DNA from: an uncultured candidate division Zixibacteria bacterium
GTDB lineage: Bacteria; Zixibacteria; MSB-5A5; GN15; FEB-12
Reading direction: 5' to 3'
Assembly: GCA_963664195.1 (NCBI GenBank)
Contig: OY760907.1
Coordinates: 918,439 to 982,438, forward strand
Length of the DNA stretch: 64,000 nt
Positions 56,757-64,000 of the stretch are shown here, in pieces. The stretch's first letter is position 1, and each line of letters begins with the position of its first letter. The position numbers and the translations under genes were made by a program. The notes beneath the pieces are model-generated. The model did not search any database. It was not told the origin of the DNA and saw only the letters and a program-made list of their open reading frames with translations.

Positions 56757-58495
56757 ATACAGTCAATGTCAACGCCTTCCATACTGACCTGATCGTGGAA
56801 GAACTGACCCGCTGCGGGATCACATTCTTCTGCGTCTCCCCCGGTTCGCGTTCGACTCCGCTCACACTCGCCGTCGCTGCCAACTCGAAAGCTACATCCC
56901 GGATACATTTCGATGAACGCGGCGCGGCTTTCTATGCTCTCGGTTACGTCAGAGCGATCGGCAAACCGGCCGTGCTCGTTTGTACGTCGGGAACTGCGGT
57001 GGCCAATTATCTCCCGGCGGTAGTCGAAGCCTCAAACGATGCCCTCCCGTTGATTCTCATCACAGCAGACCGACCGCCAGAGCTACAGGATTGCGGCGCG
57101 AACCAGACGATCACACAACCGGGGATTTTCGGCAGCTTTGTCCGCCACGAAGCAAATCTCGAATGCCCGTCAGCCGATACCGATCCGACAGACATACTGC
57201 AACAAATCGATCTCGCAGTATCGAAAGCGCTTGAAGCGCCGTACGGCCCCGTCCATATTAACTGTCAATTCCGGGAGCCGCTGGCGCCGGTCGAGGACGG
57301 CAGCGATCTGTCGAACTCCCTCTCACGTCTCGGAGACTGGCAGGCATCACAAATGCCCTTCTCGAGTAGCGAGAGTCAGCCCTTCACAGTCAGCACCGAT
57401 CTGATCCAGCGATTAGCGGACAGGATAAATGCCACTAGCGGCCTGCTGATCGTCGGCCGACTTTTCGACAGCGAACAACGCGACCCCGTTCTTTCGCTTG
57501 TCGACAAACTCCGCTGGCCGGTCTTTGCCGACGCAACTTCAGGTCTGAGCGCAATCGATCATGAGTGCATTATTCATCATTTTGATCTGCTGCTTCAGTC
57601 AGAAACCTTCCGGTCATCGGTCTGCCACAGGCAGGTGCTCCATATCGGCGGACAATATGTCTCCAAGCGACTTCTGCAATTCATCGAGAGCGCTGAACTT
57701 GAAGGCTACATCCATATCGGCAACGATCCACGCCCCAAAGACCCCGGCCGCCGAGTCACCGACAATGTCACGTGCAATATTGCCAGGTGCTGCGAAGCAC
57801 TCGTGCCGCTCGTTGACGCGTGCGATGGTAACAAAGGCTGGCGGCGGCAGTCGAGTACCGCCGAGACGGTCATCGCCGAAGAGTGTAAGGCGACACCCGA
57901 AGCAACCGAGCCAGGTATCGTCCGCGCCCTACTTGAGAATCGTCACAAGGGTGGCGGGCTTTTCATCGCATCGAGTATGCCAATACGGAACATCGATATG
58001 TTTGCAGGTCCCGGTCACGGATCGTTGAAGATCGGGGCCAATCGCGGAGCCAGCGGGATTGACGGGACAATTGCCTCTGCCGCCGGATACGCCGTTGGCC
58101 TAGACAAACCTGTCACGCTCTTAATCGGCGACCTCGCCTGTCTGCATGATCTGAATTCTCTCGCATTGCTGAACAACAACTCACAGTCTGTGACGGTCGT
58201 CATACTCAACAACAACGGCGGACGCATTTTCGAACACCTTCCGGTCGCAGAGTTCAAAGAGCACTTCGAAAGCTGTTTCGTCACACCGCACGGCCTGTCT
58301 TTTGAACATGCCGCACAGATGTTCAACCTTCCATACGAGTGCGTCAACACCACGGATGCTTTCGTTCAATCGTACACCAAGGCCCAGGACAGATTGATAT
58401 CCACGGTGATTGAAGTCACGGTCGACCCGACAACAAACCGCACGACTCATCGCTGCATTGTCGAACGCATAAAGCACGAGTTGGACGAGGGCTGA
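56753..58495 (+). CDS. menD: SEPHCHC synthase (2-succinyl-5-enolpyruvyl-6-hydroxy-3-cyclohexene-1-carboxylate synthase), ThDP-dependent
   Basis: 'GSRSTPL' and the 'GDLACLHDLNS' ThDP motif are present. It sits in a men context. Confidence 0.85.
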   Translation: MNTVNVNAFHTDLIVEELTRCGITFFCVSPGSRSTPLTLAVAANSKATSRIHFDERGAAFYALGYVRAIGKPAVLVCTSGTAVANYLPAVVEASNDALPLILITADRPPELQDCGANQTITQPGIFGSFVRHEANLECPSADTDPTDILQQIDLAVSKALEAPYGPVHINCQFREPLAPVEDGSDLSNSLSRLGDWQASQMPFSSSESQPFTVSTDLIQRLADRINATSGLLIVGRLFDSEQRDPVLSLVDKLRWPVFADATSGLSAIDHECIIHHFDLLLQSETFRSSVCHRQVLHIGGQYVSKRLLQFIESAELEGYIHIGNDPRPKDPGRRVTDNVTCNIARCCEALVPLVDACDGNKGWRRQSSTAETVIAEECKATPEATEPGIVRALLENRHKGGGLFIASSMPIRNIDMFAGPGHGSLKIGANRGASGIDGTIASAAGYAVGLDKPVTLLIGDLACLHDLNSLALLNNNSQSVTVVILNNNGGRIFEHLPVAEFKEHFESCFVTPHGLSFEHAAQMFNLPYECVNTTDAFVQSYTKAQDRLISTVIEVTVDPTTNRTTHRCIVERIKHELDEG

Positions 58496-58497
58496 CT

Positions 58498-59298
58498 ATG
58501 TCCGAAGTCAACGCGCTCAAATTTGCTTACACCGAAAGTCCGGGTGCGCCGGTTATTCTCTATCTCCACGGCTTCATGGGTTGCAAAGAGGACTGGGAGG
58601 AGGTTGTGTCAATCACAGGTGACCGCTTCAGTCATCTCCGAATCGACATACCCGGTCGCATTCCCAGCGGATTCACCGACTCTGACTATACCATGCCCGG
58701 TTGCGGACAATTAGTCGCCGGACTCCTCAATGACCTCGGGGTCGGTCAATGCCATATCGTCGGGTATTCAATGGGTGGACGGCTGGCGCTCTACTTCGCC
58801 GTTCATCATGCAGACCGAGTCGGAGGTATTGTCATTGAATCCGGATCGCCCGGCCTCAGAACCGAACGCGAACAGAACGAACGAATCCACCGCGACAGAC
58901 AACTCGCAGAAGCAATCATTCAGGGCGACCTTGAGTCGTTCGTGAGCACGTGGTACGCACAACCGTTGTTTGCCGAGATGGACCAAACCTCAGATCGATT
59001 CAAGCGCCTGCTTGAACGACGTCTGACTTCGGATCGCATCGAGCTGGCCAAGTCACTTCGGTACATGGGCACCGGCGTCCAACCTTCCCTGTGGAAGCGG
59101 CTTCCGACCGTTTCTTCACACCTGCTTTTCCTCACGGGAGAGAAGGATGCCAAGTTCCGGGCAATTGGCGCTGAAACGGCTGACTTGTGTCCGCGCGGTG
59201 AACTTGCTATAATTGCCGGTGCCGGCCACAACATCCATTTCGAGCAGCCGGAGGAGTATTGTTCACGGATATGCAGATTCTTCGATAGAGATAGTTGA
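58498..59298 (+). CDS. menH: SHCHC synthase, alpha/beta-hydrolase fold
   Basis: 'HGFMG' and 'GYSMGGR' form the nucleophile elbow. It sits in a men context. Confidence 0.8.
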   Translation: MSEVNALKFAYTESPGAPVILYLHGFMGCKEDWEEVVSITGDRFSHLRIDIPGRIPSGFTDSDYTMPGCGQLVAGLLNDLGVGQCHIVGYSMGGRLALYFAVHHADRVGGIVIESGSPGLRTEREQNERIHRDRQLAEAIIQGDLESFVSTWYAQPLFAEMDQTSDRFKRLLERRLTSDRIELAKSLRYMGTGVQPSLWKRLPTVSSHLLFLTGEKDAKFRAIGAETADLCPRGELAIIAGAGHNIHFEQPEEYCSRICRFFDRDS

Positions 59299-59305
59299 GG
59301 CAGAT

Positions 59306-60127
59306 ATGAGTTCATTTGACTGGAAAGAAGCGGGCGACTACACCGACATCAAGTATCACAAGCTCGACGGTATCGCCAAGATCACGATTAGTCGACCGAA
59401 GAAGCGTAACGCCTTTCGGCCGCTCACGGTGCAGGAAATGTCGGCTGCTCTTCAGGATGCCCGCATGGATTCCGAGATTGGCGTGGTCATACTCACCGGC
59501 GAAGGTGACAAGGCGTTCTGTTCCGGCGGTGATCAGAGCATTCGCGGCGATGCCGGCTACGCAGATGAGGAAGGCGTCCATCACTTAAACGTGCTCGATT
59601 TTCAGCGCCAGATACGTACCCTGCCAAAACCTGTTATCGCGATGGTGGCAGGATACGCAATCGGCGGCGGTCACGTACTGCACTTGATGTGTGATATCAC
59701 AATAGCCGCCGAGAACGCCGTGTTCGGACAGACCGGACCCAGAGTTGGCTCGTTCGACGGAGGCTACGGATCATGCTACATGGCGAGAATCGTCGGCCAG
59801 AAGAAGGCACGTGAGATCTGGTTCCTCTGCCGTCAGTACAACGCCAAGCAGGCACTGGATATGGGACTGGTCAACAAGGTTGTCGAGTACGAACGGCTCG
59901 AAGACGAGACCGTGAAGTGGTGCCGCGAGATTCTTTCCAACTCACCGATGGCCATCCGATGTCTGAAAGCCGCACTTAACGCCGACTGCGACGGTCAGGC
60001 CGGACTGCAGGAACTCGCCGGCAACGCCACCATGTTATTCTATATGAGTAAAGAAGGCCAGGAAGGGCGCAACGCCTTCAACGAAAAACGCAAACCTGAC
60101 TTTTCCAAATTCCCGCGCCAACCGTAA
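59306..60127 (+). CDS. menB: 1,4-dihydroxy-2-naphthoyl-CoA synthase (crotonase fold)
   Basis: '[12 protein letters not shown]', 'FCSGGDQ' and '[17 protein letters not shown]' are present. The start is at MSSFDWKE, after a GAGG RBS. Confidence 0.9.
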   Translation: MSSFDWKEAGDYTDIKYHKLDGIAKITISRPKKRNAFRPLTVQEMSAALQDARMDSEIGVVILTGEGDKAFCSGGDQSIRGDAGYADEEGVHHLNVLDFQRQIRTLPKPVIAMVAGYAIGGGHVLHLMCDITIAAENAVFGQTGPRVGSFDGGYGSCYMARIVGQKKAREIWFLCRQYNAKQALDMGLVNKVVEYERLEDETVKWCREILSNSPMAIRCLKAALNADCDGQAGLQELAGNATMLFYMSKEGQEGRNAFNEKRKPDFSKFPRQP

Positions 60128-60136
60128 GGCTACAAG

Positions 60137-61015
60137 ATGCCTCAATCCGCGCTCAGCGTCTGGCTTCTTGCCGCTCGTCCGAAGACACTTCCGGCAGCCA
60201 CAGCACCTGTGATTATTGGGAGTGCGATGGCATATGCCGATGGCGGCTTCTCTCTGCCTGTCGCAATGGCTGCGGCGCTCGGTGCGTTGTTCATCCAGAT
60301 CGGGACCAACTTCGCCAACGACTATTTCGATTTCAAAAAAGGGACCGACGACGGGGACCGTCTCGGTCCCACCCGCGCGACCCAGGCCGGATGGGTCACC
60401 CCCTCGGCCATGAAGACGGCCACGGCGATTGCGTTCGGAATCGCATTTCTCATAGGAATCTATCTCGTCTTTCGCGGCGGCTGGCCGGTTGTCGCAATAG
60501 GGCTAACGTCTATCCTGTTTGGCGTTCTTTACACGGGCGGCCCCTGCCCGCTCGGCTACAACGGACTGGCGGATATTTTCGTGCTGATTTTTTTCGGTCC
60601 GGTAGCGGTCGGCGGAACGTACTACGTCCAGACTCTGACAATCACTACGCCGGTCATTATGGCCGGATTGGCTCCGGGACTGTTCTCCGTGGCTATCCTG
60701 ACCGTCAACAACCTTCGTGACATAGAAAACGACCGAGCCGGCGGCAAAAAGACGCTCGCGGTCCGGTTCGGAAAACGTTTCTCAATAGTGGAGTACATTG
60801 CCTCTGTCGCTGTGGCCTGTGCGATTCCGGCAGTCTTGTTGATGTACGACGGACCGCCGTTTGCTCTCCTCGCCTGTGGCACAGTTGTGCTTAGCCTTCC
60901 GCAAATCAAATCCGTACGAACGATCACCGGGCGGGAATTAAACAACACGTTAGCTGCAACCGGCAGTGCTCTGCTGATATACAGCTTGTTGTTTTCCATC
61001 GGATGGATATTGTGA
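60137..61015 (+). CDS. menA: 1,4-dihydroxy-2-naphthoate polyprenyltransferase (UbiA family)
   Basis: It has a '[12 protein letters not shown]' Asp-rich motif and about 8 TM segments. Confidence 0.85.
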   Translation: MPQSALSVWLLAARPKTLPAATAPVIIGSAMAYADGGFSLPVAMAAALGALFIQIGTNFANDYFDFKKGTDDGDRLGPTRATQAGWVTPSAMKTATAIAFGIAFLIGIYLVFRGGWPVVAIGLTSILFGVLYTGGPCPLGYNGLADIFVLIFFGPVAVGGTYYVQTLTITTPVIMAGLAPGLFSVAILTVNNLRDIENDRAGGKKTLAVRFGKRFSIVEYIASVAVACAIPAVLLMYDGPPFALLACGTVVLSLPQIKSVRTITGRELNNTLAATGSALLIYSLLFSIGWIL

Positions 61016-62148
61016 GAATACTACAATCGCGCATATTCAAGTATACACTGCCGTTCAGAAAACCGCTGAAATTGGCCAAAGCCGAAATGCGCGAACGCGA
61101 AGGCCTTCTGATAAAACTGATCGGCTCCGAATGCAACACCGACGGGTCCGACGAGGACTGCGGAGTCGCCGCGTGGGGTGAGATCGCGCCACTCCCCGGT
61201 TTCTCCCGTGAGACCGTCGATGAGTCACTCAATCAACTGAAACGAACTCTCATCAAACTGCAGCAAGACCCGTTGCCGCCGGAACTCCACAGACTGGAGG
61301 GCGGCTTTGAGAATTGGCTGGGCCGGTTTAACCTCCTTCCCGCCGTTCGCCACGGTATCGAAATGGCCGTGCTCTCCTTGCTCGCCAACGGCGGCGGCAT
61401 TTCCATGGCCCGTCTTCTGTCGCCGCAGCCAATGATGACAATCAGCATCAACGGCCTCATCACCGGCTGTGCCGATGAGGTCAGCGAGCGAGCAAGACAC
61501 TACCAGCGGGATGGATATCGCGCCGTGAAGCTTAAAGTCGGGGGGTTGCCGCTGGAAGAAGCTGTCGCTCGCACCAAGAGTGTCTTCCGCGAGCTCGACA
61601 GCCGCGCTAAGCTCAGGCTCGATGCTAACCGGGCCTGGACTCTTGAGCAGGCCCTGCAATTCGCTGAGGCTATTCGTGACTGCGAAATCGAATACATAGA
61701 GGAACCGGCGCGGGACCTCAGTGATGTCAACGAATTCGTTTCTCGTACGATCTCTCGCTTTCCGGTCGCACTCGATGAATCTCTTGTAGACATAGAACCA
61801 CACCAACTCGCCGAGTTTTCGCAGGTCAGCGCACTGATTCTCAAACCGACCATTTTGGGTGGATTTGAAAGGACGGCGGCTTTCGCGCGAGCTGGAAAGG
61901 AGCTCGGAATGAAGGCAGTGATCTCGTCATCGTTTGAAAGCTCGCTTGGAATCGCCGCACTCGGATCGCTCGCCGCCGCCTACGGCAGCCCCGACAGCCC
62001 GGTAGGACTTGACACGACAAACTGGTTTGCGAGCGACTTGCTCGCCGAACCAATCGCCGTTGTCAACGGTGCCATGCGGGTGGAGCAACTCGCCCGCGCC
62101 GCCGTCAGGATTGATACCACTCGTATGACCGAGGTGCCTTTTGGCTGA
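61003..62148 (+). CDS. menC: o-Succinylbenzoate synthase (enolase superfamily)
   Basis: 'LKVGG', 'LRLDANRAW' and 'IEYIEEP' are MR/MLE-type motifs. At 381 aa it is longer than typical OSBS. Confidence 0.7.
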   Translation: MDIVRILQSRIFKYTLPFRKPLKLAKAEMREREGLLIKLIGSECNTDGSDEDCGVAAWGEIAPLPGFSRETVDESLNQLKRTLIKLQQDPLPPELHRLEGGFENWLGRFNLLPAVRHGIEMAVLSLLANGGGISMARLLSPQPMMTISINGLITGCADEVSERARHYQRDGYRAVKLKVGGLPLEEAVARTKSVFRELDSRAKLRLDANRAWTLEQALQFAEAIRDCEIEYIEEPARDLSDVNEFVSRTISRFPVALDESLVDIEPHQLAEFSQVSALILKPTILGGFERTAAFARAGKELGMKAVISSSFESSLGIAALGSLAAAYGSPDSPVGLDTTNWFASDLLAEPIAVVNGAMRVEQLARAAVRIDTTRMTEVPFG

Positions 62149-63568
62149 ACTACGTGATCCGATCAATGCTCTCGCCCACACCAAGGCTGTCGTGACTGAC
62201 AAAGGGCGACAGCTGACGGCTTGGGAGATGCACCTGTACAGCCTCCTGGTCGTAAGAGATATGTCGGACAACATGGGGTGCGGGATCAGATCCCAGAGCC
62301 GTATCGCCATCGTCGAGCCGAACAGACTTGAAACCGTAGTCGCGATCTGGGGAGTAATTCGAGCAGGAGGAATCGCCTGCCTGATGAACACGCGCATGCC
62401 GCCAGAAACTCTTGCCGAACAGGCAAAGATGATCGGCTGTTCAGCGCGCCTTGTGTTCCCGGACTCCCCATATTCTGACATTCTCCCCGATCTGCCTAAG
62501 CTGTTGAGCCGACCGCTGCATCAGGATCACGGTGAGACCTACCACGGCATACAGTTCTTTGAGCCCAACCATCCCGCCACCATCATGTTCACCTCCGGCA
62601 GCTCTGCGAAACCGAAGGCGGTTCTCCACAGTTTCGGCAACCACTACTACAGCGCCCTCGGCTCGAATAAGAATATCCCGGTTGTCCCCGGTGATCGCTG
62701 GCTTGTTTCTCTGCCGCTGTATCATGTCGGCGGCCTCGCCATTCTGTTCCGATGCTGGCTCGGTGGCGCAACGGCGGTGCTGGCCGAACCGGGCGGCGAC
62801 ATTGTTGATCAGTTGTCCCGTAATGAGACCACCCACATCTCTCTTGTTGCCACCCAACTAAGACGGTTGTTGCGGGCTATGAAATCCAAGGGAAGATCAT
62901 TCCCTCGTCTAAAATGCGTCCTTCTCGGCGGCGGCCCCACACCCGAGCGCCTCGTGAATGAAGCAATTGACGCCGGTCTGCCGATTTACCGAAGCTACGG
63001 TCTCACCGAGATGGCCTCGCAAGTGTCCACGAGCACTCGCCCGGACGGGACCAAACGCAGGATACTCGATTATCGTCAGGCGAAAACATCAGACGACGGC
63101 GAAATCCTCGTGCGCGGCAAAACACGATTCCTCGGGTATTATGAAAGTAATAAACTGGTCCAACCGTTTGACCCCGAGGGCTGGTTCGCCACAGGCGACA
63201 CGGGAGAAATCGACGACAACGAAGGTCTGCGTGTCACCGGTCGCACAGACAACATGTTCGTTTCCGGCGGAGAGAATATCCAACCGGAACAGATAGAATC
63301 TGTTCTGCGTGAATTGCCCGAGATCGAAGAAGCTGTTGTGGTTCCAGTCGAAGACGCCGAGTTCGGCCAACGTCCTCTTGCATTTATTTGTGGTACAACA
63401 GATTACGACTACGTGAGGTTGTCTGGTTTGCTCAGGAAAAGACTGCCCGGTTATGCCGTACCGGTCGAATTCCGACCCTGGCCGGACGGTTACCAACAAC
63501 CGGGTATTAAGCCGAATCGGAAGTTCTTGAGAGAAGAGGCGGCCAGAACAAACAATCGTGACCGTTAG
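62141..63568 (+). CDS. menE: o-Succinylbenzoate--CoA ligase (ANL adenylating enzyme)
   Basis: 'TSGSSAKPKAV' is the AMP-binding motif, and 'YRSYGLTE' and 'GDTGEID' are present. Confidence 0.85.
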   Translation: MAELRDPINALAHTKAVVTDKGRQLTAWEMHLYSLLVVRDMSDNMGCGIRSQSRIAIVEPNRLETVVAIWGVIRAGGIACLMNTRMPPETLAEQAKMIGCSARLVFPDSPYSDILPDLPKLLSRPLHQDHGETYHGIQFFEPNHPATIMFTSGSSAKPKAVLHSFGNHYYSALGSNKNIPVVPGDRWLVSLPLYHVGGLAILFRCWLGGATAVLAEPGGDIVDQLSRNETTHISLVATQLRRLLRAMKSKGRSFPRLKCVLLGGGPTPERLVNEAIDAGLPIYRSYGLTEMASQVSTSTRPDGTKRRILDYRQAKTSDDGEILVRGKTRFLGYYESNKLVQPFDPEGWFATGDTGEIDDNEGLRVTGRTDNMFVSGGENIQPEQIESVLRELPEIEEAVVVPVEDAEFGQRPLAFICGTTDYDYVRLSGLLRKRLPGYAVPVEFRPWPDGYQQPGIKPNRKFLREEAARTNNRDR

Positions 63569-63966
63569 TCCAGAGCCTCAAGCGCATTCCTCAGCGGATT
63601 CGGAATCAGTATCTTCTCGTTTTTCGCAACATCCACACACACGTGCACCGTTTTCACCGTCGCCGCCGGCAGTTCGCCATCTTTGAGAAAACGGAAAAAC
63701 AGCGTGAACGATGAGGTGGAGATATTGTCGCAGTACATCTCGACCGTCAGTTTGTCACCCACACCCAGCGCCTCTGTGTAATCGGCCTCCGCATGTACCA
63801 GCGGCACAATGAATTGCTTCAACCGGAGCACCTCGCCGATGTGTATGCCCTGCGATTCCAGATATGTCTCATACGCTGCCTCGGCAATCCGAAAGTGATT
63901 GCCGAAAAAAAGCAACCCCGCAGCGTCGGTGTCGTACAGTCTTACAGTGGTATTGTAGGTATGCAT
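63565..63966 (-). CDS. Hotdog-fold acyl-CoA thioesterase (4HBT/YbgC-like), candidate DHNA-CoA thioesterase
   Basis: 'VRLYDTDAAGLLFFGNHFRIAEAA' is the 4HBT-type catalytic Asp region. The gene is convergent with menE. Confidence 0.7.
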   Translation of the reverse strand: MHTYNTTVRLYDTDAAGLLFFGNHFRIAEAAYETYLESQGIHIGEVLRLKQFIVPLVHAEADYTEALGVGDKLTVEMYCDNISTSSFTLFFRFLKDGELPAATVKTVHVCVDVAKNEKILIPNPLRNALEALD

Positions 63967-64000
63967 TAATCGTCCCGCTCAGTTGACATTTAGGGAAATA

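Noticed and set aside
1-64000. CRISPR arrays and rRNA genes
   Set aside because: No regularly spaced direct repeats with unique spacers, and no rRNA-like conserved stretches, were seen on reading the sequence. Only the two tRNAs were found.

Overview
This is a roughly 58-60% GC window from a diderm (Gram-negative) bacterium. About 55 genes are tightly packed on both strands, and all calls below come from reading the translated ORFs and the raw sequence directly.

Confident blocks:
- An ammonium-uptake locus: NarL-type two-component system, Amt ammonium transporter and a TorF-like porin on one strand, and a divergent Rh-type ammonium channel.
- A sigma-54 activator followed by a cluster of lipoprotein, TPR, TPR–HD-GYP and hemerythrin genes. 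A good match to the -24/-12 sigma-54 consensus sits in front of the lipoprotein gene.
- A large GH13 alpha-amylase-family protein, RNase D, a NUDIX hydrolase, a THUMP RNA methyltransferase, a DMT transporter, a cyclophilin, an HDOD protein, a CBS protein and a TSUP permease.
- An nfeD–flotillin operon carrying an uncharacterised third gene.
- A czcCBA-type RND heavy-metal efflux operon, an ABC-2 transporter pair and an RRM-type glycine-rich RNA-binding protein.
- tRNA-Val and tRNA-Asp on the minus strand.
- An LPS-related operon (GGGPS/PcrB-family gene, gmhA, O-antigen ligase), followed by alaS and recX.
- A complete menaquinone operon (ubiE/menG, then menF, D, H, B, A, C, E), with a convergent hotdog-fold thioesterase.

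Accessory or unusual content:
- A small island at the tRNA-Asp 3' end: two 100%-identical 144-bp direct repeats that include the last 9 nt of the tRNA flank a 964-bp lower-GC insert encoding an ankyrin-repeat protein, with a transposase C-terminal fragment next to it.
- A frameshifted IS3 orfA remnant.
- Two families of short structured repeats whose paired stem positions have changed together between copies, keeping base pairing.
- A secreted Cys/Lys-rich protein with CxxxC periodicity, a candidate periplasmic metal-storage protein.
- A translationally coupled four-gene operon that opens with a DUF4388/PATAN protein.
- A 188-aa HCGD/HDDC-motif protein coupled to flotillin.

No CRISPR array and no rRNA were seen.
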